DNA of 39,670 bases from Candidatus Shapirobacteria bacterium. GTDB taxonomy: Bacteria > Patescibacteriota > Microgenomatia > UBA12405. Shown here piece after piece: positions 1 to 8,162 of the stretch. Under the pieces are notes generated by a model that ran no database searches, was not told the DNA's origin, and saw only the letters and a list, made by a program, of their open reading frames with translations. The first letter of the stretch is position 1, and every line of letters starts with the position of its first letter. The stretch is taken from the NCBI GenBank assembly GCA_009885205.1, contig VFLE01000046.1, positions 1 to 39,670 of the forward strand, read 5' to 3'. Both the position numbers and the translations under genes were made by a program.

Positions 1-1
1 T

Positions 2-121
2 GGTGAAAAAATCACTGTTGAGAAACTAGCGAGATATCTTGGTTGTTCTTCGAGAACAGTTTACAGAAACATGAGTAACGAACTTAAAAAAGAAAAAGAA
101 CTTTTAAATCAAACATTATGA
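2..121 (+). CDS. C-terminal end of a helix-turn-helix DNA-binding protein (5' truncated by window)
   Basis: Manual translation from nt 2: GEKITVEKLARYLGCSSRTVYRNMSNELKKEKELLNQTL*. It has the classic HTH pattern (TVEKLARYLGCSSRTVYR). The stop TGA overlaps the next ATG (ATGA 118-121). Confidence 0.7.
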   Translation, partial: GEKITVEKLARYLGCSSRTVYRNMSNELKKEKELLNQTL

Positions 122-393
122 GTACAACATTTGGAATACCTCAACGTATGATAGACATCGATAAGATATGTGATGAAGACGGAGAATTATTAGATTATAT
201 AAATCATGACTTTTTCGAAAGAATATGGTTTAGGTCACATTACGGACGATGGTTAAATCCTTTAGCATCTAGACTACCTGATGATACTAGAGTATTTCCA
301 TTAGATAATTCAGCACAAGGAATATATACTATTGGAGATATAAAAGAATTCATGGATAGAATAGATAAAGAAAAATCAAATGAAAAAGTATAA
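118..393 (+). CDS. hypothetical protein (91 aa)
   Basis: The ORF overlaps both neighbours in an operon-like way. No motif recognised. Confidence 0.6.
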   Translation: MSTTFGIPQRMIDIDKICDEDGELLDYINHDFFERIWFRSHYGRWLNPLASRLPDDTRVFPLDNSAQGIYTIGDIKEFMDRIDKEKSNEKV

Positions 394-1156
394 TATAGAC
401 AATTATTTAAGATACAAAGACGATGTAAAAAAGTCTATATTAAGAATACAACCTAAACAATTAAAAGATTATACTAGAGATGAATTAATAATAATGTTTT
501 TACCATTAGTAGAGAATATAGCTAGAAAATTTTCAACAGCAGACCAAGCTTCAGGAATAATGGATATAACAGATTTATTACAAGAAGGAAGCATAGCTTT
601 AATCTTAGCAATAGACAATATAGAATGGGATAAAATAAATGAATCTGAAGACGAACAAAACACATTAAGATCGTTTCTGTCTAAACGAATAAAAGGTTCA
701 ATTAGACGTTCAATAAACATTAATAGAGGCAGTATACGTATTCCAGAATACAAATTAAATGAAATACGTAATAATCCAGATGATAAAAAAATGGTTGAAA
801 TGTTCTTTAATAGTATATTTGAAAGCGTGGATATTTATTATAATAATGATGACAGTGACAGTGTAAGTTCTGAACATTCTGTGTTTCAGTATGAAGATAA
901 ATCTAAAGAATACAATATAGATTTATTAAATATTTATTTATTTAGTTTATTTAATAAATATTTAACTAAAATTGAATCTGAAGTTTTAAGACTAAGTTAT
1001 GGTCTTGATTGTGATAGATATTCTGGAGTATTAATAGCAGAAATGCTAAATTTTAAAGGTCCTAGTGCTTATGTAAGAATATCTGAGTTAAAAAAATCAG
1101 CAATAAGTAAATTAATAGCGAATGTAGAATCTTCGCAAGTGCTTGATTATATGTAA
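380..1156 (+). CDS. phage-encoded sigma70-family RNA polymerase sigma factor
   Basis: Region 2 motifs LPLVENIARKF, DLLQEGSIALILAID and RIKGSIRRSI...SIRIP. Region 4 motif LTKIESEVLRLSYGL...IAEML...RISELKKSAISKL. Confidence 0.88.
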   Translation: MKKYNIDNYLRYKDDVKKSILRIQPKQLKDYTRDELIIMFLPLVENIARKFSTADQASGIMDITDLLQEGSIALILAIDNIEWDKINESEDEQNTLRSFLSKRIKGSIRRSININRGSIRIPEYKLNEIRNNPDDKKMVEMFFNSIFESVDIYYNNDDSDSVSSEHSVFQYEDKSKEYNIDLLNIYLFSLFNKYLTKIESEVLRLSYGLDCDRYSGVLIAEMLNFKGPSAYVRISELKKSAISKLIANVESSQVLDYM

Positions 1157-1170
1157 AATGTAAACAAAAG

Positions 1171-1181
1171 ATGTAATTATA
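1171..1181 (+). promoter_or_regulatory. candidate phage promoter motif ATGTAATTATA
   Basis: Intergenic, upstream of the recombination/replication operon. Similar AWGTAATnnTA motifs precede genes at 31755-31765(-) and 24806-24816(-). Confidence 0.35.
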
Positions 1182-1215
1182 ATGTTATAGAGTATAAACA
1201 ATTAAATTAAATTAT

Positions 1216-1332
1216 ATGGAAGATTTTGTTATGCACACAATGGCGCCTCTTTTTATTGGAATAATAATGGTTGGCGTTACAGTATTAATGGTTGGTATGG
1301 TTGTACATTTTATTAGAGAATTTTTAAATTAA
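1216..1332 (+). CDS. small single-pass membrane protein (38 aa; not in ORF track)
   Basis: MEDFVMHTMAPLFIGIIMVGVTVLMVGMVVHFIREFLN*. The leader ATTAAATTAAATTAT resembles that of the next gene, and there is one hydrophobic helix. Confidence 0.65.
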   Translation: MEDFVMHTMAPLFIGIIMVGVTVLMVGMVVHFIREFLN

Positions 1333-1345
1333 TTAAATTAAATAT

Positions 1346-1912
1346 ATGGAAAATCAAAAGTTGCCTTTGTCTATTAAGTTGTCTAGAATTCAAATAGAGT
1401 TCAAGTCAAATAAAAGTAGATACAATTCGTTCGGTAAATACAATTTTAGATCCGCTGAGGATATACTAGAAGGTTTAAAACCTTTTAATGAAAAATATGG
1501 TGTGTATTTTACAATAAACGAGGATTATATTTATTCTCACGATTTACCTGTGATAATAAGTAAAGCTGCTATACACGATGTTGAAAGCGACAATGTTATC
1601 GAAGTAAAAGCAATTGTTGGTGTAGACTTAGTTCAAAAAGGTATGCAGACGCCACAGGCATTTGGTTCTGCTTCTAGTTACGGTAAAAAATATGCTCTTG
1701 GTAATTTATTACTTATTGATGATACTCAAGATGCTGACGCTTCAAATACACATGGTAAAACAGATCCTGTTAAACCAAGAGTAAAACTAGGTGTTTCAGA
1801 TTTAGCATTTGAAAAAGCTAAAACATTCATAGAAACAGGCGGTTCTATTGAAAGTATTAAAGGTAAATACGATTTAACTAAGGAAGCAGAAGTAATTTTA
1901 TATAATTTATAG
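1346..1912 (+). CDS. erf: ERF-family ssDNA-annealing protein
   Basis: Motifs YNSFGKYNFRSAEDILE and QAFGSASSYGKKYALGNLLLIDDTQDAD are typical of ERF. Confidence 0.85.
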   Translation: MENQKLPLSIKLSRIQIEFKSNKSRYNSFGKYNFRSAEDILEGLKPFNEKYGVYFTINEDYIYSHDLPVIISKAAIHDVESDNVIEVKAIVGVDLVQKGMQTPQAFGSASSYGKKYALGNLLLIDDTQDADASNTHGKTDPVKPRVKLGVSDLAFEKAKTFIETGGSIESIKGKYDLTKEAEVILYNL

Positions 1913-1913
1913 T

Positions 1914-2645
1914 ATGAAGAAAGAATTAATATTAGAAAGACTTAAAAATGATGAAGACTATTATGGTCTTTTTGGTCAACAGTACCTTAGCAATTCAAAT
2001 GTTGGTACATTATTAACAAATCCATTAGCATTAAGAGATACTCAACAGTCGAATATAAACTTCTTGATTGGTGGTTATTTTCATACGGCTATATTAGAAC
2101 CAGATAAACTTAAAAAGTATCGAATAGTTGAAGCATCGACTAGAAATACAAACATATATAAGGAAATGTCTGGTGGAGAAATGTGTCTGTTAAAACACGA
2201 AGTAGATCAGTTAGAGTTAATGATAGACAAAGTACTATCTAATGAAGTATGTAAAGGTTTAATCAGAGCAGATAACAATGACTATGAGGTTCCTGGTATT
2301 GCAGAAATTGCAGGTTTAATGTGGAAAGGTAAAGCAGATATACTTAATCATTCTGAAAAATTAATTGTAGATTTAAAAACTACATCTAATCTAGCAGACT
2401 TTAGATATTCTGCTAAAAAATATAATTACGATAGTCAAGCATATATATATAAGCAATTATTTGGCTACGATATGGTTTTTATGGCCATAGACAAAATAAC
2501 AAATCAAATAGGTATATATGACTGTTCTGATAAATTCTTAGAAACAGGCAAAGAAAAAGTTGAGAAAGCTGTTGAAGCATATAACTTGTTTTACAACAAT
2601 CCAGACTTTATTCCTGAAAATTATTTTATTAACTTAACTTTATAA
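1914..2645 (+). CDS. PD-(D/E)XK exonuclease (RecE/ExoVIII, DUF3799-like)
   Basis: LSNS, G.YFHTAILEP, KGKAD...IVDLKTT and YNYDSQAYIY motifs. It is adjacent to ERF, forming a two-component recombination pair. Confidence 0.85.
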   Translation: MKKELILERLKNDEDYYGLFGQQYLSNSNVGTLLTNPLALRDTQQSNINFLIGGYFHTAILEPDKLKKYRIVEASTRNTNIYKEMSGGEMCLLKHEVDQLELMIDKVLSNEVCKGLIRADNNDYEVPGIAEIAGLMWKGKADILNHSEKLIVDLKTTSNLADFRYSAKKYNYDSQAYIYKQLFGYDMVFMAIDKITNQIGIYDCSDKFLETGKEKVEKAVEAYNLFYNNPDFIPENYFINLTL

Positions 2646-2647
2646 TT

Positions 2648-3001
2648 ATGAACAATGAACAATTTGAAGTTACACTTCCGCATGAAGGTAACAATGAACA
2701 ACTTAAAGTTACACTTCCCTATGAAGGTAACAATGAACAATTCGAAGTTATACTTCCGTATGAAGGTAACATAGATGATGCTATTAAATCAGCAGAAGAA
2801 TATTCTCTTAAACTAAAAAACATAAAAAGAGACGGTATTGATGTAGATAATATTGATATAATTACTGGAATAACAGTTGCTACATTTGTTGGTTCAAAAA
2901 ATAAAATACTAGAATTATTAGAAGAATTTGGTGGAGAACAAAATGCATTAGATACAATGGATGAACCTTATGGTAGAATAAGTAAATTAGTAATCAATTA
3001 A
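2648..3001 (+). CDS. hypothetical acidic protein with three N-terminal 13-aa repeats
   Basis: NNEQFEVTLPHEG / NNEQLKVTLPYEG / NNEQFEVILPYEG. Confidence 0.6.
   Translation: MNNEQFEVTLPHEGNNEQLKVTLPYEGNNEQFEVILPYEGNIDDAIKSAEEYSLKLKNIKRDGIDVDNIDIITGITVATFVGSKNKILELLEEFGGEQNALDTMDEPYGRISKLVIN
2651..2771 (+). repeat. 39-bp tandem repeat, three copies plus 4 bp
   Basis: Units at 2651-2689, 2690-2728 and 2729-2767. Consensus AACAATGAACAAyTyrAAGTTAyACTTCCsyATGAAGGT. Confidence 0.95.
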
Positions 3002-3019
3002 ATAAATAAATAAATAAAT

Positions 3020-3340
3020 ATGGCTTCAATTATCAATGCAAGTATCAACTTAAATGAAATTCCAAAAGACAAGATTATCAGTGGTGCTAAAGGTAAATAT
3101 CTACCTATTACAATAGTACTTAACGATGACTTTGATAAATTTGGAAACCAAGGTCCTATTACTGTTGGACAAAGTAAAGAAGAACGAGAGTCTAAAGCTC
3201 CTAAGGTTTATCTAGGTAATGTTAAAGTACTTTGGACTAATGGAGAAAATGTAAATGTAGCTCCTAAAGACGGTCAACAACAAAGCGCAGCACCTAAAAA
3301 GGCAACACCTAAAGAAGTGTTTGACGATTTACCGTTTTAA
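3020..3340 (+). CDS. ssb: single-stranded DNA-binding protein (Bacteroidota-phage type)
   Basis: Small beta-rich protein with a flexible linker and an acidic C-terminal DDLPF tail. It lies between the recombinase and the primase-helicase. Confidence 0.72.
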   Translation: MASIINASINLNEIPKDKIISGAKGKYLPITIVLNDDFDKFGNQGPITVGQSKEERESKAPKVYLGNVKVLWTNGENVNVAPKDGQQQSAAPKKATPKEVFDDLPF

Positions 3341-3342
3341 TA

Positions 3343-3522
3343 TATACCAATGCTCGCTGTTAGGCTCGACATATTTTAAAAAGGGTTTATATTAAGGTCG
3401 GCAAACCAGAAACCCTGCTCTTGTAAAAGCTCCGTAACTGATAACTCGGTAAGCTACAAGAAAGACCAAGGTTGGTATAATGTACCTATAGCGCTTCCCG
3501 TAAGATCAGCCTTTAGGTCTTT
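3343..3522 (+). ncRNA. candidate structured non-coding RNA or ssDNA origin element, family unknown
   Basis: This is the largest intergenic gap and is GC-richer than its flanks. Complementary segments: 3343-3350/3472-3479, 3382-3388/3410-3416, 3419-3425/3455-3461, 3432-3434/3447-3449 and 3461-3474/3507-3522. Confidence 0.5.
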
Positions 3523-3534
3523 TGTTAGTTAGTT

Positions 3535-3559
3535 AAACCCCATTTATTGGGGTTTTTCT
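3535..3559 (+). terminator. intrinsic terminator / attenuator upstream of primase-helicase
   Basis: AAACCCCA-TTTAT-TGGGGTTT hairpin running into TTTTT. Confidence 0.7.
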
Positions 3560-3590
3560 ATCTATAATTAGTAACAATTAAATTTAATAG

Positions 3591-5306
3591 ATGCAAGTAA
3601 ATAACACGGAGATTAATGGTTTCTTAATCGATACTTTTAATCAATATGGTCTTGAAGAAGGAAAATCGCAGGGTATATGCCCGTTGTGTTCTTCTGATAG
3701 AAAACCTAAGAATGAGAAAGCTAAGTGCTCTTCTTATGATTGGCAAAAAGGATTAGGTACTTGTCATAACTGTAATAAGTCGTTTCAACTACATACTTAT
3801 CAGCGCAAAGGCGCATCTGAAAAGATATATGTTAGACCAGAAGTTAGTGCTATACACACTAACAGTTCTAAGGTTGTTGAATGGTTTAAAGGTAGAGGTA
3901 TTTCTGAACAAACGCTTACTGAATTAAGAATAAGCGAAGGTCCAGAATTTATGCCTCAGACAGGAAAAACTGAGAATGTAATAAAGTTTAATTACTTTAT
4001 GGGTGATCAATTAATTAATATAAAATACCGTGATGGCAGAAAGAATTTTAAACTATTTAAAGGTGCCGAAAAAGTTTTTTATAATATTAATAGTATTGTG
4101 GGTTTCGAGTATTGTGTTATCGTTGAGGGAGAAATGGATGTGCTCGCGTTGCACGAAGCTGGTATTACTAATGTTGTATCAGTTCCAAATGGCGCAACAT
4201 TAAACAGTAATAATCTAGACTATTTAGATAGTTGTATTGATTACTTTGAAGACAAAGAAAAGATTATATTAGCAGTTGATTCTGATGCTGCTGGACAAGC
4301 ATTACAGTCTGAACTTATACGTAGATTGGGTTCTGAAGTATGTTATCTAGCATCGTTTGAAGATTGTAAAGACGCAAATGAATATTTATTAAAATATGGA
4401 AAAGAAGCACTATCAAAAAGAATATCAAAAGCTAAACCTGTTCCGCTGGAAAATGTTAAAACTTTTAGAGACATCGAAGATGATGTTACAGATTTTGTGC
4501 GAAACGGTTTCAAACCAGGTTTTCAGATTGGTTTGGATAATTTTGATAGTATTTTCTCTACTTATACGGGTCAGTTTATTACTGTTACTGGTATTCCTAG
4601 TAGTGGTAAGTCTGATTTCGTTGATCAAATGGTTGTAGGTTATAATGGTAACTATGGTTGGAAAACAGCATTTGCTTCGCCAGAGAATCAACCTACATAT
4701 TTACATGCTCATAAATTAATGCGTAAAACTTGGGGCGATATGCCATCAGCAGAAGATATACACGGAGAAAAGTGGAATCAAATAGCAACGCATGTTAATA
4801 GTAGTTATTTCTTTATAGATATGGAACGTTATACGTTAGAATCTGTTCTTAGAAAAGGTGCTGAACTAGTTAAACGTAAAGGTATTAAATGCCTTGTTAT
4901 AGATCCATTTAATAAGGTTAGAGCAACAGATGCTTCTGGAGATGTTAATGTATATACATTGGAATATCTACAACAGATAGAAGTCTTTGCTAAAAAGTAT
5001 GATGTATTAGTTATTGTAGTTGCTCATCCAACTAAAATGTATAAAGACAGAGATGGTAAAATAGAAGAACCAACTATGTATAATATAAAAGGTGGTGGTG
5101 AATGGTACGATGCTTCTTATCACGGATTACTTGTACATAGAAACTACGAGGAAAAAACAGTTAAAGTAAAGGTATTAAAAGTTAAGTTTCAAAACCTCGG
5201 TGAGAACGGAGCAGAAAGTCATTTCAAATGGGAACCTAAATCTGGTTGTTTTATACCTCATGAACCAGTCGATGCTAGTGGAGATAAATTACCATGGGAA
5301 AGTTAA
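3591..5306 (+). CDS. bifunctional DNA primase-helicase (T7 gp4/Twinkle-like)
   Basis: Zn finger CPLC...CHNC, TOPRIM IVEGEMD and DSD, Walker A GIPSSGKS, Walker B LVIDP, and the SF4 motif VVAHPTK. Confidence 0.93.
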   Translation: MQVNNTEINGFLIDTFNQYGLEEGKSQGICPLCSSDRKPKNEKAKCSSYDWQKGLGTCHNCNKSFQLHTYQRKGASEKIYVRPEVSAIHTNSSKVVEWFKGRGISEQTLTELRISEGPEFMPQTGKTENVIKFNYFMGDQLINIKYRDGRKNFKLFKGAEKVFYNINSIVGFEYCVIVEGEMDVLALHEAGITNVVSVPNGATLNSNNLDYLDSCIDYFEDKEKIILAVDSDAAGQALQSELIRRLGSEVCYLASFEDCKDANEYLLKYGKEALSKRISKAKPVPLENVKTFRDIEDDVTDFVRNGFKPGFQIGLDNFDSIFSTYTGQFITVTGIPSSGKSDFVDQMVVGYNGNYGWKTAFASPENQPTYLHAHKLMRKTWGDMPSAEDIHGEKWNQIATHVNSSYFFIDMERYTLESVLRKGAELVKRKGIKCLVIDPFNKVRATDASGDVNVYTLEYLQQIEVFAKKYDVLVIVVAHPTKMYKDRDGKIEEPTMYNIKGGGEWYDASYHGLLVHRNYEEKTVKVKVLKVKFQNLGENGAESHFKWEPKSGCFIPHEPVDASGDKLPWES

Positions 5307-5552
5307 ATGGCAATTAAGAAAGGTATTGACATGGGAGATTATCTTCCATCTAATAAAGAAAGAAAAGCTTATATATGGTGTATTAATAATGGTATTTATA
5401 TATCACCACAAGCTAAATCTTTAATAGAATGGTTTATATGTATTGAGATGAATAATAAGATTAATACAAGTCCAGACGCATACAAGAAAGTAGAAATATG
5501 GAAACAAATATTCAAATATTATACATACTATTATGAAAAATATAAAAAGTAG
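5307..5552 (+). CDS. hypothetical protein (81 aa)
   Basis: Abuts the helicase stop and overlaps the next gene. Confidence 0.65.
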   Translation: MAIKKGIDMGDYLPSNKERKAYIWCINNGIYISPQAKSLIEWFICIEMNNKINTSPDAYKKVEIWKQIFKYYTYYYEKYKK

Positions 5553-6171
5553 TTTCGAAACTGCAGATGAAGCTTATTCTTATTTATTAGATAAAATAAT
5601 ATTAGAAGGAGTAGAATTTGATAATACAAAAGCTTTATTCAATGTAGGTTTTTATATAGAAAATCCAACAGATAATTATATAAAAGATGTTAATAGAAAA
5701 TGGAATCCAACATACGCAATGAGAGAATGGTTATGGTATCTATCTGGTGATCCTAGTGCTTTAGAAATATCTAGATATGCTCCAATATGGAAAAATATGA
5801 TGGATGAGAATGGCAATGTTAGATCTAACTACGGTTGGCAATGGAAACGTAACGATCAAATAGGTAAAGTGATTAAAATGTTACAAGATAATCCTAATAC
5901 TAGAAAAGCAACAATATCTATATATGATGGAAAAGAAATAGGTGCGTATTCTAAGGATACTCCGTGTACTTATGCTATACAGTTTACAATATTAGACAAT
6001 AAACTGAATATGGCTGTTTTAATGCGTTCTAATGACTTATGGTACGGTTTTTGTAATGATCAATTTTGTTTTTCAAACTTACAAATAGATATTGCTAAAA
6101 TTTTAGGTATTGAAATTGGTACTTATTATCATTTTGCTCATAATTTACATTTATACAACGATAAATTATGA
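5533..6171 (+). CDS. thymidylate synthase-fold enzyme, dCMP hydroxymethylase/methylase-like
   Basis: EWLWYLSG, SNYG, catalytic DTPC145T, MRSNDLWYGFCND176 and HNLHLY. The specificity residue is Asp rather than the Asn of ThyA. Confidence 0.8.
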   Translation: MKNIKSSFETADEAYSYLLDKIILEGVEFDNTKALFNVGFYIENPTDNYIKDVNRKWNPTYAMREWLWYLSGDPSALEISRYAPIWKNMMDENGNVRSNYGWQWKRNDQIGKVIKMLQDNPNTRKATISIYDGKEIGAYSKDTPCTYAIQFTILDNKLNMAVLMRSNDLWYGFCNDQFCFSNLQIDIAKILGIEIGTYYHFAHNLHLYNDKL

Positions 6172-6353
6172 TACCAAAAGAAAAAGCAATAGAATTAGTA
6201 GAAAAATATTTTTATTTATTTTCAGTAGAATTAGAAAACACAATTGCTGATTACGAAGCTAAAGAATGTGCATTAATAGTAGTTGATGTATTAACTAAAG
6301 AAACAGGAGCTAAGTATTGGTATGACGTTAAAAAAGAATTAGAAAATTTATGA
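6168..6353 (+). CDS. small phage protein (61 aa)
   Basis: ATGA overlaps on both sides. The PKEKA.EL...AKECALI.VD...YW..VKKEL pattern is recalled from Flavobacteria phage proteins. Confidence 0.7.
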   Translation: MIPKEKAIELVEKYFYLFSVELENTIADYEAKECALIVVDVLTKETGAKYWYDVKKELENL

Positions 6354-7186
6354 AATATTATCTATACCATATATATGGTAAAAAAATAGGAGTCACGTGT
6401 GATATTAAAGATAGGTTAACTAGACAACAAGGTTATGGTTATAAAGAATATGAAGTATTAGATTCTAGTGATGATATAGATTATATATCAAATAAAGAAA
6501 TAGAACTTCAAAAAATACATGGATACAGAGTTGATAGGCAATCTTACAAAGAATTAGTAACTAAATATAAATTAAATAAAATGGTATTAAACGTAACAGA
6601 ACAAACAACTACATTTCCTTTTCCTTTGAACAAGTTAAAAGGTAACTTGATGGACACTTTAGGTGTTAAAATGGATAATTCTTTTGGCAAATATGTTTTA
6701 ACTGCAGATCTATGCAACTGGATAGTTAAAAATGCTAAAACATCTATGTATAACCCAGCGCGTTCATTTATCTACAATAAAGCAATGGATGAGTATTGTA
6801 AGTCATTAGGTAAAAAGTCTATGGCAATGGAACATAAGAATCAACCTGAAGAAGTTGAAGTTGAAGTTCCTAATGTATATGACTTGATTAGAAAATGGGC
6901 TGATGATCGTGGTATCTATAGAAATGGTGATACTAAAACTCAGTTTGTAAAACTAATGGAAGAAGCTGGTGAATTAAGTAGATCTATTCTTAAAAACGAT
7001 AGAGATGAATTCATCGATGCAATTGGCGATATGATGGTTGTATTAACCAATTTAGCTGCGTTAGAGGGATTAAAAGTTGAAGACTGTGTTGTATCAGCTT
7101 ACGATGTAATTAAATCAAGACAAGGCAAAATGGTAAATAACACTTTTGTAAAAGAAAATAATAACGAAATAATAGCAACATTATAG
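6350..7186 (+). CDS. MazG-like NTP pyrophosphohydrolase with an N-terminal GIY-YIG-like domain
   Basis: C-terminus IRKWADDRGI...QFVKLMEEAGEL...DAIGDMMVVLTNLA...AYDVIKSRQG is MazG-like. N-terminus YYLYHI..KKIGVT..IKDRL is GIY-YIG-like. Confidence 0.8.
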   Translation: MKYYLYHIYGKKIGVTCDIKDRLTRQQGYGYKEYEVLDSSDDIDYISNKEIELQKIHGYRVDRQSYKELVTKYKLNKMVLNVTEQTTTFPFPLNKLKGNLMDTLGVKMDNSFGKYVLTADLCNWIVKNAKTSMYNPARSFIYNKAMDEYCKSLGKKSMAMEHKNQPEEVEVEVPNVYDLIRKWADDRGIYRNGDTKTQFVKLMEEAGELSRSILKNDRDEFIDAIGDMMVVLTNLAALEGLKVEDCVVSAYDVIKSRQGKMVNNTFVKENNNEIIATL

Positions 7187-7187
7187 T

Positions 7188-7568
7188 ATGAAAGAAAAAA
7201 GTATTGTTTTTAGAGATCCTATCGTAGAAAGAGTTGTAGAAAAGTTTGTATCTAGGTCAGATGTTGGTTTTAAGAAATACGGTCATACTTTACATGATGA
7301 ACGTACTAAAAAAATGAAAGGTCTTGCTAAGTACTTAAACGATGTACAAGAAGAATTAATGGATGCGGTGCTATACATACAAGCATGTAGAGAAGAAATT
7401 CAAGACTTAACTGAAGAAGCGTTGATTAAAGATTTTGAAGATGCCGATTACTCAGCTTTTGATGATTTAGAAGCATTAGAAAATATATCAAACAGCTCTA
7501 TTGGTGATATTAAAGTTAACTACGAATTGGTTGACGTTAAGAAAGAAAAATACGGTCATCGTAACTAA
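7188..7568 (+). CDS. putative all-alpha (MazG-like) nucleotide pyrophosphatase
   Basis: RSDVGFKKYG.TL...LNDVQEELMDAVLY carries an EExxD metal-binding helix. Confidence 0.55.
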   Translation: MKEKSIVFRDPIVERVVEKFVSRSDVGFKKYGHTLHDERTKKMKGLAKYLNDVQEELMDAVLYIQACREEIQDLTEEALIKDFEDADYSAFDDLEALENISNSSIGDIKVNYELVDVKKEKYGHRN

Positions 7569-8026
7569 TGAAAAGGATAAGTAGAAAAAAAGGACCAGTT
7601 GTTTCGAAGAAGGTGATATATGATGGTATCACCTTCGCTTCTGGTTTAGAAAAGTATATGTACAAAGCTTTAAAGGAAGCAGGTATATATACAGAATATG
7701 AAAAACATACTTACGAGTTGTTACCTTCTTTTAATTTTAATAATGAGTGCATAGAAAGACAATCTAATGGTAAAGGTGATTTTATAAATAGAGGAAATAA
7801 AAAAGTATTAAATTTAAAATACACTCCTGATTTTGTAGGTCATGAATTTATAATAGAAACTAAAGGTAGAGCTAATGATTCTTTTCCTTTACGTTGGAAG
7901 ATGTTTAAATACTATATGTCATTAATTGGTGACAAAAGAATGTTATACAAACCTCAATCGCAGAAAGACTGTGATGAGACAATTAGATTAATACTAAAAC
8001 AAAGACAAGATGACATTAAACAATGA
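7568..8026 (+). CDS. PD-(D/E)XK endonuclease (T7 endonuclease I / DUF1064-like)
   Basis: DGITFASGLE, EYE and YTPDF...IIETKG motifs. Confidence 0.82.
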   Translation: MKRISRKKGPVVSKKVIYDGITFASGLEKYMYKALKEAGIYTEYEKHTYELLPSFNFNNECIERQSNGKGDFINRGNKKVLNLKYTPDFVGHEFIIETKGRANDSFPLRWKMFKYYMSLIGDKRMLYKPQSQKDCDETIRLILKQRQDDIKQ

Positions 8027-8162
8027 TGAAAAAGGTTGGGAATTAGCTATTGGTACGTATCCAGGTATTTTATTTGGAATTAGAACCTATCAAGAAGAAA
8101 CATTTGATACTCATGTATTGTATTTACCATTCGTAAACGTAATATTTACTATAGACAAATGA
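8010..8162 (+). CDS. small hypothetical protein (50 aa; not in ORF track)
   Basis: MTLNNDEKGWELAIGTYPGILFGIRTYQEETFDTHVLYLPFVNVIFTIDK*. It fills the gap exactly, with an ATGA overlap at 8159-8162. Confidence 0.7.
   Translation: MTLNNDEKGWELAIGTYPGILFGIRTYQEETFDTHVLYLPFVNVIFTIDK

Noticed and set aside
2651..2771. Possible CRISPR mini-array
   Set aside because: The repeats are contiguous with no unique spacers, and the unit length is a multiple of 3 within an ORF.
3351..3372. GCTGTTAGGCTCGAC resembling a tmRNA 5' end
   Set aside because: No GGGG start, no T-arm/CCA 3' end and no tag ORF found.
3396..3460. GGCAAACC..GAAA resembling a c-di-GMP-I riboswitch, and CTGATAA..GAAA resembling a hammerhead core
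   Set aside because: The required pairing and the GACGCAAAGC segment are missing. The hammerhead core would need CUGANGA and appropriate flanking stems.
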